NCBI GenBank assembly: GCA_051942245.1
Contig: JAVECL010000078.1
Coordinates: 1-60,053, forward strand
Length of the DNA: 60,053 bases
Direction of reading: 5' to 3'
DNA from: Trypethelium eluteriae
Taxonomy: Eukaryota
A program made the translations under genes and the position numbers. The notes below the pieces were generated by a model that was not told where the DNA came from, did no database searches, and saw nothing but the letters and a program-made list of their open reading frames with translations. Shown piece after piece: positions 14,209 to 26,780 of this stretch. Positions within the stretch are counted from its first letter, which is position 1; each line of letters starts with the position of its first letter.

Positions 14209-15282
14209 ATGGGGGATTTCGGGGGTTCGAAGCTCACCGCACTGAAGCACTCGCTGAAAGGATCGAGTATTCGCATCCCTGACCTGCATGCCATCCTTCG
14301 AGATATGCCCTCTGGCACAAATTGCAGCATCGATTTGATAAGGCGAGATGTCGAGCAAAGACTCGAGCAGCTTTTTTCTCAAGGGAAAAGACTGGAAAAG
14401 CTGAAACGCGCTGATGCAGGCGGATTCGGAGCAGCGTGGTGGCCTTATGCCTGCTACGACGCTTTCCGCACATGCACCTACTTAGGCCTCTGGCTGTTTA
14501 TTTGGGATGACGAATGCGATTCATTGGAGTTCTCCGATCTCGTCAACAACTTAGACAGAGGTCGACGGTTTCGGACGGAGACGATTAGGTACTGTCGTCA
14601 ATGCCTTGGTCTTCTGAAGCCCGGAGAATCACTCTTCACGCCTACAAATCCCATTATCACGAACTTCAAAGACGTCGGGGATGCATTAGTCCAGTCATGT
14701 TCACTCGGACAAAGATCGTGGCTTATGGATGAAATTGAGCACTTTGTCCGCCTCGTGGAGCAGGAACAAATCTCATACCTCTCGAACTGCACGCCATCTG
14801 TCCAAGAATATCGGCATCGGCGAATGGGAACCAGTGCCGTCTCAGTATGTCTCGTCATTACTGACTACGCATATGACTTTGAGCTACCCAAATGGATTAC
14901 ATGCGATATCGAGTTTAAACGGATCTTTGACGCCACCAATGTCATCATCAGCACCACCAATGATATACTTTCATTGAAGAAGGAAATTAATGCCGGGCAA
15001 ATTGACAGTCTCATCCCACTGTTATATTTAGAATGTCAAGACGTCCAGAAGGCTGTAGACCAAACGACCAGTATGGTGGAGGAGGCAGTTTACAGCTTTC
15101 ATGAGAGCGCGGAACGTCTACTTACGCTCGCTGGTATGGATAAGGCACTTCGTGAAATGCTTCAGAAAATGATAGACGGATGTCAATACGCATGTACAGG
15201 GAATCTTGCCTGGAGTATCACTAGCGGTCGCTATTTATTAGATTGTCAGAGTTTGGAAGGAGGAGTTGAGATCACACTCTAA
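14209..15282 (+). CDS. Class I terpene cyclase (likely sesquiterpene synthase), intronless
   Basis: Asp-rich motif WDDECD, NSE/DTE motif NDILSLKKE, effector Arg RMGTS, C-terminal WSITSGRY. First in-frame ATG at 14209; TATA-like run near 14092-14101. Confidence 0.92.
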   Translation: MGDFGGSKLTALKHSLKGSSIRIPDLHAILRDMPSGTNCSIDLIRRDVEQRLEQLFSQGKRLEKLKRADAGGFGAAWWPYACYDAFRTCTYLGLWLFIWDDECDSLEFSDLVNNLDRGRRFRTETIRYCRQCLGLLKPGESLFTPTNPIITNFKDVGDALVQSCSLGQRSWLMDEIEHFVRLVEQEQISYLSNCTPSVQEYRHRRMGTSAVSVCLVITDYAYDFELPKWITCDIEFKRIFDATNVIISTTNDILSLKKEINAGQIDSLIPLLYLECQDVQKAVDQTTSMVEEAVYSFHESAERLLTLAGMDKALREMLQKMIDGCQYACTGNLAWSITSGRYLLDCQSLEGGVEITL

Positions 15283-15678
15283 AACTAAAACTAGCACTAT
15301 GAATTCGTATTGGTCTCATTCAGGCTTTTGTGAATTTTAAGAGTACTCAGCCAGTCAGCCTTGCTGGAGGACAGAAATGGGTCATAGAACATGACGAAGC
15401 ACAACAAGCTCATTTTCCACTTCGAGTGTTAATATTTCCAGTCGATGGAAATGTAATAGCCATCAATGACAGACCGAAATTTCTCAGTTCGTCGCGGCAT
15501 AGTCATTTCAGCTACCTGTGACTATATCCAAAGGGTGGCTGAAAGAGTATGGAGACACAGCGTCGGGGCGGGAAGGGAAAAACAAAGATACGGTATGAAA
15601 ACAGTGCTCTGAGATTCGCCAGAGAAGTCGCAAGTCGTCCGACTCCAGCAATCGAGCCACCTAGTCCCTTGCGGTAAA

Positions 15679-17565
15679 CTACACAGTCCGTTCCATAGCC
15701 TTTACAAATACGCCCGCAGAATGGATGCTCGTCTCGCCCACAAAACAATCTCTATTACTCTCAATATCCCTCTCGAACAGCACATCCTCCAGCTCCAGCT
15801 CCAACCTCCGAAACACCGTCGCAATCAAGATATGCAGCTGCGCATACGCCAGATAGATCCCCATACACGCCCGCGAGCCCCTACTAAACGGAAGATAGAA
15901 TTTATTCATCTTCTCAAGCTCGGCGGGGGAGCTCTCGAGCCAACGCTCCGGACGAAATTCATTGGGAGCAGGGTAGATCGCGGGATCGCGTAGGATGTCG
16001 CGGAGGGTCATACTGACGGCGTAGCCTGAGGGAATGGTGTAGCCGCTGCCGGGGTGAGAGAGCGGTTCAGGCGCGACGAGCGGGAGGCGAGACGTGACGA
16101 GGGCAGTGACGCGGAGGGTTTCGCGGATGATGCTATTCTGTTCGGAAAGAGTCGGTCAGTCAGTCATTTATCGGGGGCACTCGACCTTCGTTCTCGAGGG
16201 GTGTTGCACACACCAACCATGGCAGTTTCTGAAGATCGTAGGAGCTGACCATCGTATCAGCACTCGGCATGACAGAATCGAGCTCTTTCCGTAAGCGAGG
16301 CAAGACGCGGTCTTGATTCGCGAGGATATAGTATGTTGCGTTCGTCATGTGGCGCGCACACGTCTCTCCACCGGCGCCGACGAAGACGAGGCTCTCGTGG
16401 CTGAGTCGGCCGAGGGATTTTTCTTCAATGGGAAGATTGCTGCTGAGAATTGTCCGGAAGAGCGCAGGCCGCTTGGTCAAGGTCATGTCTTCGGCTCGAG
16501 TTATGCTCTTTTCTCCTGCTTCCTCATCGAGCCAGAATCGTTGGAGCGCGGCGGTGGCTTTAACTCGGAAATCCTAAGATAGATGAGATGATATTCGAGA
16601 ATTATATGAGGTGAACTCACTCGATGGAGTTGGACCACCCGACCAAGTGCCGGATAAATGAGATTCCAGAAAGGTATTGGAAGCTTGATGGCCGTCGGAA
16701 TCAACCAGGGAAATTGTCTGACCAAGGGCGTGAGCATGGCAAGTGCGCTGATAGCTTCACGCCATCTCTTCGCTTCGCGTTCATTCTGGAGTAAGTCCAA
16801 TGGTCGATTGAAAGCATGACTACAGATGATGTCTGTGAAAAATGCCAAGTAGACCGTTCGAAGATCGGTTTTGCCGTCTCTATTGGTCTGTCGCTTGAGA
16901 ACTTCACATGCTACATTAGCCTTCTCGTGAATAAGAGGCTCGATGTCATCCGCAGCCTTCTTCGAAAAGAAGGACGACACAGCAGCTCGACGGTTCTTAT
17001 GCATCGTGTGATCGACAGTACCGAAGACTAGGATCTAGTTAACACAATCCGGCCCAGAAATATCCTTCATTACTCACTTCCAAGAGGCGTTCCGGTAATA
17101 CGAGCCGCTGGCTCGAACTTGTGCCGAGTGCCCTAGTTCACTTCAGTCTTCGGAATGATGACACGGCGAAAGTGCAACTCGGAGGATTCAAATTTACCAC
17201 TGATGCAGAGCAAAATAGAGTCTCAACATAGTCACGGTCTTTAATATGAACTTCAGATGGTCCAACACGGACGACAGGACCTTTAACTCATTTAGCGAAC
17301 TTCTTGTAAAACTCTACACGAGTAGTTTTTTGGTACCGTAAGTGTCGTGCAACCGATTTACTATGTGCATATACTTTCCTCCTGGCCAGCAGAGTACATC
17401 ATAGTAGCACTCGTACCACCGTGTTAACGCCGCGAATTTCGGTCCTGGGATTTTTGACAATGGGTGGAAGTAGAGACGATATACCGCGAGTCCAACAAAG
17501 TATAATGAGAAAGTAATTGGTAATATAACCAACGAGAAAAAGGATACGCCTGCCATTTGCCACAT
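15679..17565 (-). CDS. Cytochrome P450 monooxygenase (trichodiene oxygenase-like), multi-exon
   Basis: N-terminal TM then [29 protein letters not shown]-helix [10 protein letters not shown]; ExxR IIRETLR; FRPERWL; heme motif [10 protein letters not shown]. The start codon choice is uncertain. Confidence 0.9.
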
Positions 17566-19673
17566 CGTCAATAGTACAATGGAGAGGCTGTACAAGTAAG
17601 GTTCGTTGTTGAGGATTAGTATAGTTTATTCCTCAAGGCTGCTTCATCATTGAAGGTACGTCTTGAGAATGTAGCGCTGCAAGCCAAACGAGGCTGACAT
17701 AGAGTAACGGCTGAGGCATGAGGTCCTCACATCGAACATTGGCGTAGACGTTACGAAAGTAGCGAAGTCCCCCACGCTATCCAAAAGCTGCCAGACAAGT
17801 ACGTTCGTCACTAGCTCTTCAGCCAATGAGATTTATGAACTTCTCGATCATGAAGCTCGTCGACCGGGTTCGTGGGAGTTTCAAGGCAGCAACTTGAAGC
17901 CGTCTTCTCTTGCATGCATGGCATCGAGCAGTAGCCTCTGTTGCCTTCATCAAATCTTACCAGGTCTAGCCACCAACAGACCCGCTTTTCCTGCGGGTTA
18001 GAACAACTGAGATGCGTCTTGATGGCTGCATGTGGTGCTATTAGCATGAGGAGTCAGCGAAGGCGAACAAACCACTGAAACGGACGAAGTCGACCCCTGG
18101 GGACCTTAAGGACTATACTTGAGAAGAACTCGAGGTGAACAGAGCTTTGATCAAGATAGTCATAATTTAAATGGGAGGGCAATCTTTGACGCGCTAGTTC
18201 CTGATACCTTTTGCTCCAGGTCTGAGCGAGTGAGGTTTTAAGCGCAATGCCCCTAACATCTGATTGCGTGAAGTAAACATGCATTAGTGCGCTGAGCACT
18301 CAAGTCCCCCCATCAATAGGCGCAGCGACTGCTTTCACATTAGCTATAGCCGAATGTTCCGAATTGCGAAGGAAGTGATCGAGGCCTTGGTCAATAATCG
18401 AAGTGTCCCACGGGAACAGGCCTAAGCTCAAGTGACGAAACTAAGCTTCTGAAAAGAGAAAGTGGTATTAGCTGGGCCGCACTCGTACTCCACATGGTCA
18501 AGTCCAGCTACTCTAGGTCCATACCCACAGTTGCGTCAGCGAGACTGGTTAAGTCATCGCTAGCCGTGATTATAGGGTGATAGATCCACCTGTGGTGGAT
18601 CCCTGGGTACTCTACGGCTCGGTGTCGCGGAGTAGTCTTAAACTCCGATCCAGTGGCGCTACTCAAAAGAAACGTGCTCAGCGTCATAGGCCATTCAATC
18701 CATTGGTCATCGAGAGCTGTTCCAAGCGAATTCGCATCACTCTATCGCTTCAGCAGGATCGTACCTCGTGCCGCTCCTGCGCCATCTACGGCACTCGAAG
18801 GTACAACCGTACGGTGACACGGAAACGGCGGCATTGCGTTGCAGAGTGGCTGGGGTCCAAGACGGTCTGCGTTTGACGGCCCGGACCATTAGCTGCGTAT
18901 CATCACGCTATACTCTGCTCACCCTGCTAATGAATTGATTACTACCTTACCCTTGTTGCCCTCAAGAAGCCCATTGGGTGGCATCGATTGGGAGATTGAT
19001 GTCAACTCTGGCAGAAACAGCTTGCTGCCGGTCTTTGTAAGGACAACACCGCCGATCTGTAGGGACAACACCAACTACTCTAACCCCTTTCGTCCGTAAC
19101 AAACGCGCCCCTGTATCTCGCGTCTTATCTTGTAAATACTGCAACCTGTTTAAATAAACATATAACTACGTGATTAATATGAGATATAAAGATAAAATGT
19201 TTACATAAAGGCGTGAGACCTTAATAAAAGTGTGAGATTTACACAGCGGTGTTGTCCTTACAATGACCCCTTGCTGCTTGCAGCTCCACCTCTCGAACAG
19301 ACTAGAGCGCTTCTATTGGCTATCATTTGTGTGCATCCACTATGGAATGGGTACCTACGGGAAAAGCCACCAACAATTAACCATGCTTTTTCAGACCTCA
19401 TTAGCAAATTTTGCATAACTTGCCATTCATGGAAAGATGGCAAGAAGTGGGTCCATCTCAGGAACTCTGACTGTCTCCAACAGGCGAAAGGCACAGTAAA
19501 GCGTTCACGCCGCCAAGAGAAAGGTAGACATCTCTGCCTTGCTCAGTGCGCTGCGAATGCGACCACAATCACCACGCTCCTGCCTCAAGCACGCATCAAT
19601 TGCATTGCAGTGTTTTGTGGTGAATGACTCTTCGAATTGAACCATTTCTTAATTTCTCTCAACTGGACTCTGA

Positions 19674-20992
19674 ATGGATTCTGCACCGCCGGTGGGTGAC
19701 TTTCACCCTTTCGACAGTCCACGGGCTCGCCGCCTTTTGGGCGTTTTGATCCTGATGATGATACTTGCTACGATTGCTGTTGGCGCTCGTCTCATTTCAA
19801 GAAAGATCAAAGGCGCAAACTTATGGTGGGACGACTGGTTGGCGGTCACTGCTTTGGTAAGGCGTCACTGTGTCCATGCATCGTTTTTGGGGGGCAGAAT
19901 TAACCACGCGATGAGGTGAATAGACTTTCAACTATCTTAACAATGCTTGTACCTTGTATCGTAAGAACGAACACTCTAGAAAACAGCTTCTAGGTGCTGA
20001 CCGTTATCAGAAATTATTGTCGGCGGAATCGGAAACCATACACCTCTCATACCCATGGAAAACTTGATAAAACTGGCAAAAGTACGTCAATTTCATCCAA
20101 TAAGCGATAGAATCCGAACTTACGACGAATAGTCTCTCCCACTTGCCCAATGCCTCTACGCCTTGAACATGGGACTTATCCGGCTGTCCATATGCATGCT
20201 CTTTCTTAGGATATTTCGAATTGACAAAACATTTCGGAGACTTGGTAAGCAGTCGACTTGAGCACTGTTCCGGGAGCTTCGATAGTAACGAAATTCTCAG
20301 TTTATGGGGCTACTGCAGCTAATGTCGCTTGGATCATATTCAATATCTTTATCGTCTGCTTCCGCTGCATACCATTCTCCAAGAATTGGAACGTGGACGA
20401 ACCAGGTCATTGCGTCAGTGAGCTGGTTGTAACGACGATTGTCGCCGCTACAGGAACGGCTATGGAGTTCTTTATCTGGTCTATACCCATTCCCTTGGTT
20501 TGGAAACTACACATGTCCACAAGTCGAAAGATAGCGTTGACGGGCGTCTTTCTCCTCGGCCTCTTCGACATTGCCGTCGGCATCGTTCGTGTGGTGACAG
20601 TTGTGAACGTGTCCTACGTCGATCAGTCTTGGGGTGAAGAGCCTGCTGTTGAGTGGATTCTTACGGAGACAGGTGTGGCGATAGTCGTCGCTTGTCTACC
20701 CATTTGCCCACCAATCTTTCGAAAAGCCCTTCCGGCTAGTATGCGCTCATTTCACAAGCATTCCAACAATAGCTTTCAGGGAAACAAGAAAGGCTATTAT
20801 CAGTCTCAAGAAGATCATTTTCAGCTCGTTGGCAATCTGAGCGGTGGCAAGAACACGGCTTTCGCAAAGGGTCCAGTAGGAAGATCGACGTCTGAGAGCG
20901 AAGGTGATGCAAATTCTGATGGAGTCGTTCAGGGCACAGGAGATCCTGAAATGGGCCGCGTGCGCGTTCAGCAAACTTTTGCAGTGGAGTGA
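19674..20992 (+). CDS. PTH11-like integral membrane protein (fungal rhodopsin domain), multi-exon
   Basis: RLISRKIKGANLWWDDWL; FRCIPFSKNW...PGHC; PIPLVWKLHMSTSRKIAL; ETGVAIVVACLP; GT-AG introns. Confidence 0.88.
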
Positions 20993-21978
20993 GACAGAGC
21001 TGGACTTGAATTTGTGAAGGAAACAACGTTACACTTTGGTAATTGCAATGACAACTACGCGACTATCTACAGCTCCCACGTTAAGATCAAGTGATAAATT
21101 GGAGATTTTGAACTAAGAGATTGAGCCTCAGACATTCTCAATCGCAGTCAGCAAGAGTAGGCAAGACCATAGGGTCCGTGATTACACTCACGCTGTTGGT
21201 GTGCTTGGACAGCTTTTCGTATTCTTAACGCTTACTCTATCGTGCTAGCGCTGCGGTTGGTCGATGAGCCTACCAAGCCGGGATAGCGTAGAAGAGAAAA
21301 ACGAATTCGGTGCCAATAAACCATAACGGAAACACGAATTCGAGACCAGCGCACAAGCACGAAGCGCTTGTTGATGCCACATAGGGGAATGTAGAAGAGC
21401 AAAAGAGTCCTTGCATGGACTTCAGCATGATGGCGTACATCAATCCGCTCACCTTTTCATCCTGCTATGGTTAAGACCTGATCTAACGCCTATATGCTAG
21501 CCACACCCTCTGATAGGGGGCGAGGTAGGCCAGATGATAGACCAAGACCCATTCGATGTGTCAACCGCATCCCAACGCACAAGTACTGTCTCCTCGACAG
21601 CGGTTAAAATGCACGGCACCTAGACAGAGGCCGTTTTGGACTGCAAGAGATCGAAGGATCGGACTCTGTCTCGATCAGCATTGGAGGTTGGAATCATGAC
21701 GAGCATTTGACATTTGCCTTGTCTCTGTATTTTCCGTGAGTAGTCAATGCCGCAGTATACTCTCCTGGATGACCTTCAGCGACATGCTTGATAGGTCTGC
21801 TTCGCTTTTTGCAGCCTCAGCTTCGGAGGCCGAATGCCACCATAGTCGCTCACTACACTTACCCAAGTCTGCCGAGTTCTAGGATTCCTTTTCCTTACCT
21901 ACCATGATGCAGATGCTCCCTGACGGCGCTAGTCAGATCTCAGAGTAATCACGTTGACGGCGATGAGAACATGAATCC

Positions 21979-22173
21979 ATGATGAATGAAGCTTTTGAGC
22001 CTCAGACAAGACGCTCTAGCCAATTATCTGCGCTTGCACACCAACAGTGCAGAAAGAAGCGGATCAGATACGATGTCACTTCTCCGGTATCCTCACGATG
22101 CTCCAAACATAGTCTTCATTGCACTTACATAGCTTCGCGGCGGAAGCTACCGGCGCAATACAGCAACACATGA
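21979..22173 (+). pseudogene. Degenerate Zn(II)2Cys6 DNA-binding domain (transcription factor relic)
   Basis: AHQQCRKKRIRYDVTSPVSSRCSKHSLHCTY has the spacing of C-x2-C-x6-C-x5-C-x2-C-x6-C, with three of six Cys replaced (H, Y, S). The frame closes at 22173. Confidence 0.65.
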
Positions 22174-22762
22174 GAAATGCGCCATTGATCGCTCAGAAGG
22201 CTACCAGCCAAAGCGACCTAGATGGAATCTCAGCATATCGCCCTCGATGAGCACGTTCGTGCTTGTCGTGGCTCCAGCGACGACGGAACCAATGCCTCCA
22301 CAGGTGATGAGACATAGTGGCATCTCTGCAATCCCCGCAACCGACTCGGCGGTAAGCGCTTTTCCAGTTTCAGAAGAATCATGAAAGAGCGGGATTGGGC
22401 CGCCGCCTTTACCAGGGATGATGTCGAAGTATGCACGCAATCTTCACTCTTCTCGCTTCGTCTTCGTTGGAGGAGCTCGAACTCTGACCATGACTCTTAC
22501 GAGGCAATTGGTCTCCTTGGGCGAAAGCAGATCCTCGAAGGGCTGCTTGCTCGACCGCATCGTTGTTATGCTCAAAATGGGAACACCAGCTGGATCGCTG
22601 ACGACGAAATCCTGAGCTGGAGGCTCTATATAAATCTCATCGAGATGAGGACGAAGGTGAACTACTAATTAGCTATGAAATGAGGATCTACATAATAGAT
22701 TCGAGAAACTCGCGCATGGACCCTCGCATAGAGTGTAGCGAGATTACGCGGGACTTGGGAGG

Positions 22763-24353
22763 CTAGGTTGATTGGATCAGCTTCATGAACATCATGAAAA
22801 CCATCAGACGCAGCTGCTGGTTCTCTTGTTCCGCCACCATTCGCATTCTCCGCTCTTCTGCTAGCTCCTCTACGTTGTGCGCGTCTAACTCTCCATCTCC
22901 TCCGCGCTTACGCTTCTTGGACTGCGGAAGAGGCTGTAAGATTCGACTCATAGCGGCTGTACTACGGGAGCTCGATGCAGCTGCCGATTTCGCCCGTACT
23001 CTCTCCACTGATGACTGCTTATGCGGTCCCCGAAGGTGTTGATCCAGATGATCTTTGCGAGAGAAGCCTGAACCCTGTCGAGAACGGCTGCAATCGGGAT
23101 AGCAACAGAGGTATCTCTCAATTTGGCCGTGCTTGGAGTTTCGAGAAGGCTTGGTCTGGGGGCTGTCCGTGGTAGTGCTCCAAGCACCATCCGGAGGTTG
23201 TGCGTTGATAGAGGTTGATACATCAGGTGTTGCAAGGATTTGAGACTCTGTTGCTTCCGGCTGTCGAGCTTCTGCAGCTTCCCGGGGTGCGCCGACGGCT
23301 TGATATGGAGAGATACTAGTAGTTCTTGCGGCGCTGACTGGTAAAGTGATATTGTCTGGAGGCTTTACTGGTGCTGAGGTTGGTATGAAATCAGTGGATC
23401 TTGGTGTGCGAAGACAGGTAGCGGGTTCAGGTATAGATTGCTGCAGTTGCTGTTCGAGGCCTAGCAAGTCGAAATCGTACGCGCGCAACTCAGGCACGTC
23501 GTGATCAAAGCTAGAGAGAACGGTTCCGAGGTCTGGAAGATCATAAGTTTTTTTTCCCGGTCGAGTATAAGGGAAAAGATTACCCGAAAATCGAGCGCCG
23601 AAAATCTCATCCTCGAACACGGGAGGTTCCCAGTCTCGGTTGAATGGCTCATAGAACATCCAACAAACACCCCATAGTACTACCAGAGCAGGCCAAATTG
23701 TCCAAGGCATCGTTGTGCATGGAGGCCGGAGACGATTCGGGAACTCCGAGAAGTGTGAAATGAGAAGGAGTGCGTACAGGACTTTCTCCCAGAACATGAG
23801 GGTCTTCTTCAATTCGAGGATCAATCGCTGCAATTGAAGAAGGGATGAGTGAAACTTATGCCAAAGATCTAGCAAGTTGTCCATATTTATCATGCATCCT
23901 ACGCTCAGATTCTTTGCATGGAGTACCTCGTACACTCCAATCCACCCAAGGCTAAGATAGCGCTGAACATTCGAAAGCGAGTTTTCAAGTTCTTGTCGCA
24001 AACCGTTGAGCTCTGAGTCTTGGCGAGCTCTCCATTCTGGAGGGGACCGTATTATGGCTTTTTGTTGCTTAGCTTCTATCAAGAGTAGAACGATGGCGGA
24101 CTTCTCAGCTCTAGGTGTTGAATACCCGTTACGCATAGTGTTTGGGGGAAAGAGAGGGGAGGGTCGCATGGAGCTTACCATCATGGTACACAATCTCTTC
24201 TCGTAACTCTTGTCTGAGTTCTTCAGACTCTCCTAGTACCACACGTCTGGTTTTTTCAAGATGTTTTATCATCACCTCCCGGTGTCTCAAAAGAGATTTA
24301 CTCTTCAAGTCCAACTTCATCATGGTCTTCCAGGTCTCAATGTCAATTCCCAT
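22763..24353 (-). CDS. Hypothetical protein with an internal hydrophobic segment and a C2H2 zinc finger; possibly disrupted
   Basis: YLCCYPDCSRSRQGSGFSRKDHLDQHLRGPH; NLS-like KKRKR; hydrophobic MPWTIWPALVVLWGVCWMF. The upstream exon (ATG 24353) ends at a GTAAGC donor at 24178, but the splice phase is ambiguous. Confidence 0.6.
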
Positions 24354-24639
24354 AGTATGGCGATCTGAGGTACTGAGAGACAAGGAAGAGGTAAAAAAGA
24401 GGTGAAGGAGATTGGAGGACTACTCTATAAGCGGCCTTTATGTAGCCACCTGTCTGTCTTATCCTGCTCTTTTAACGTTATGGATAGCGAGACCCTTTGG
24501 AGTATTTATACCCATCTGGCAAACGAGGCTGTCTCCTACACTATCGCCCTAGGGCGGCAGCGTGGGGGTCGAATAAGGCGACAGATGACCTTATTGCTGA
24601 TCGGCATCTACCTTACTCATACACAGGGATCGGAAATAT

Positions 24640-24960
24640 AGCTGCATAGAACAATAAATACATAAAGCTGTATATGGATTAAATAGCATGATTATTTACA
24701 TAATATCTATATTTGGCTGAGGCTTGATGTATATTAAGTTAGGCTGAATATCAGCTCAGTTAGGACTAATTTATACTCTTTCTATCTCTGCTGAGGTCTT
24801 TCCCCTCTTTATAAATTCTATAACAAAAGGGGTAAGACTAAACCCAATCTAGCCAGTATCAGACCCAATTTTATAACTATTAAGCCTAATTAGCTAGATA
24901 TAAGTATTATGCAAATAATTATGCTATCCAATCCAATCCAGGATTTTCTGAATATGGGGT
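24640..24960. repeat. AT-rich, TpA-rich patch, possible RIP-degraded repeat relic
   Basis: Abrupt visible drop in GC with many TA/TAA/TATA words; contains CCAATCCAATCC near 24928-24939. No ORF. Confidence 0.4.
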
Positions 24961-25801
24961 ATCTATTCCATACTCAACTATGTTTCCGAACTGATGTTGC
25001 ATGTGATGTGTGAAAAGGCAATCTTATTAGCAAATTGGCAATCCTATCACGTGAATAGGAGTGAGGTTCATGAATTGGCCATGTATATAGATGTCCTCGC
25101 CTCTATAGCTTAATCTACAAGCTTTCACCACCCAATTTACAACATCACGAACCCTGTTATAGACGATGGAAGTCTCTTCTCTGGTCTAATGATCAAAACA
25201 TCGAGCTGATGACAAGGTTTATGCTGCGCGAGGAGTTTGAAGAGCTTCTAGGTGGGCAACTGATGAGAACACAGCCTCAAGAGCTGCAGGAAGTGGTTTT
25301 CACGATCATTTATCTGACTCACGGCAGAAAGGCTTCGGGTCAGATTTGAGGTAGCAAAAGTGGGCCATCGAGGAACCAACATTCGTCTTAATAGTGGTCA
25401 TGAGGTTTGCGATATCGATGAATGGGCCTGTGCGAATTGGTTGAGGTGCCATTTTGAGGACTCAATGGATGAGGAATGAGGATTAAGGAGGTCTCCATAG
25501 CTTTTTCATAAGGTGCTGCCTGTCGCTTCTTTTGCGTGTTGAGTAAACACTCATCATTTCTGGTTCTCAAAAAATGTTAGTGAGATCCCGAACCTCTTTA
25601 AAACATTGAGGTTAATAATAAGATCATTAGTACGCGAGGGCATTGGGAGGAATGCCTGTAATGTATACTGTGACTCCATACATAAGGTAGTGAAAGCTTG
25701 ACAAAGGACAGACACGTAAGAATTATAAGCCGATCTATCGAATCAATCATCCTTGATCATGTACGTCCTACCTTGATCTGCTTCAACCTCGCCATCAGTC
25801 C

Positions 25802-26780
25802 CTACGGTGCTTTTACCCAGGGTGCTCCCTGAATAGCAGACCAAGTCGCACAATGCGCAATCGCCATTAGACAGTGAGCACTGAGTCGTCTCCGCTCTTC
25901 CATGGTAGTACTGTAAGCGCTAGCCAGCGCTAAAGGCTCCCGCTCCAATTCGAGATTAACGGTGAAATAGGCAAGGTCCCACATTGGGTCGCCGAGATCG
26001 GCGTTCTCGAAGTCGATAGCCATGTGCCGATGATTGCCATCGTGTTCAACAATAATGTTATGACTGTGAAAATCGTTGTGGCAGGGAACGAGTAGGTCGG
26101 GGTGAGAGTGGATCTGACCAATTTCTCTCCTTACGTCGTCCAATACCGTTTCCACGAGCTGTATGTCTTCGAGTGGCATCGCGGTCATGCCTTTTGCGGA
26201 TTCCAAGTACTCTTCTACGACTGTGATAGGATTGTAGATGCACATCCAGTGCTGAGCTGAAGCCATATGGATCTTGCGGAGAAGATCGAGGATTTGAGGC
26301 AGTGACTGCGAAGCCATCTCGGTACTCAAGGTATTGCCTTTGAGGCACTCCATGGCAAATGCACCGCTTTTACAATCTGTTGCATAGACTTTGGGCCCGA
26401 TAGCATGCGCAGCTGCCCAAGCAGTCCTGATAGCCTCTGCTCTGCATATAGAAGCAGCACTGGTGGAATGCTGTCTTGGTATTTTAACGATGAAGCTGCG
26501 CGGGGGAAAAGTCGGTTCTGATGCAGTCGTGCGCCGACCATCCGCTTTGATAGCAGGTCGCAGTGCCACACGAAGGATCAACTCCTATGACTGCTGCGCA
26601 AAGATTGAGAGCATGTGTGAGATTTTCAGCGTTCGGTATTGAAGAGGCAGGCCATTCGAAAGGCTCGTTATCGTCACGCTCCAATTGCTCCAGGTCAATA
26701 TGATCCTCTCCTGTGATTGGTAAGCAACCTTCCAGACTCCTGTTGGCTCGTTTAGATTGAGTTGGATTGTTACCTGTCAT
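25802..26780 (-). pseudogene. APH/choline kinase-like phosphotransferase with a +1 frameshift
   Basis: Brenner motif CHNDFHSHNII and IDFENADLGDPMWDLAY. The N-terminal frame (MTGNNP...YQSGWSAHDCIRTDF) joins PPRSFIVKIP only by a frame change in the TTTTCCCCC run (26502-26510). Confidence 0.7.

Noticed and set aside
34..19118. Shared CCGTAACAA...CCCCTGTATCT words at 34-53 and 19094-19118, resembling Gypsy LTR ends
   Set aside because: The match is short and gapped, with no extended repeat, partner terminus or retroelement coding sequence.
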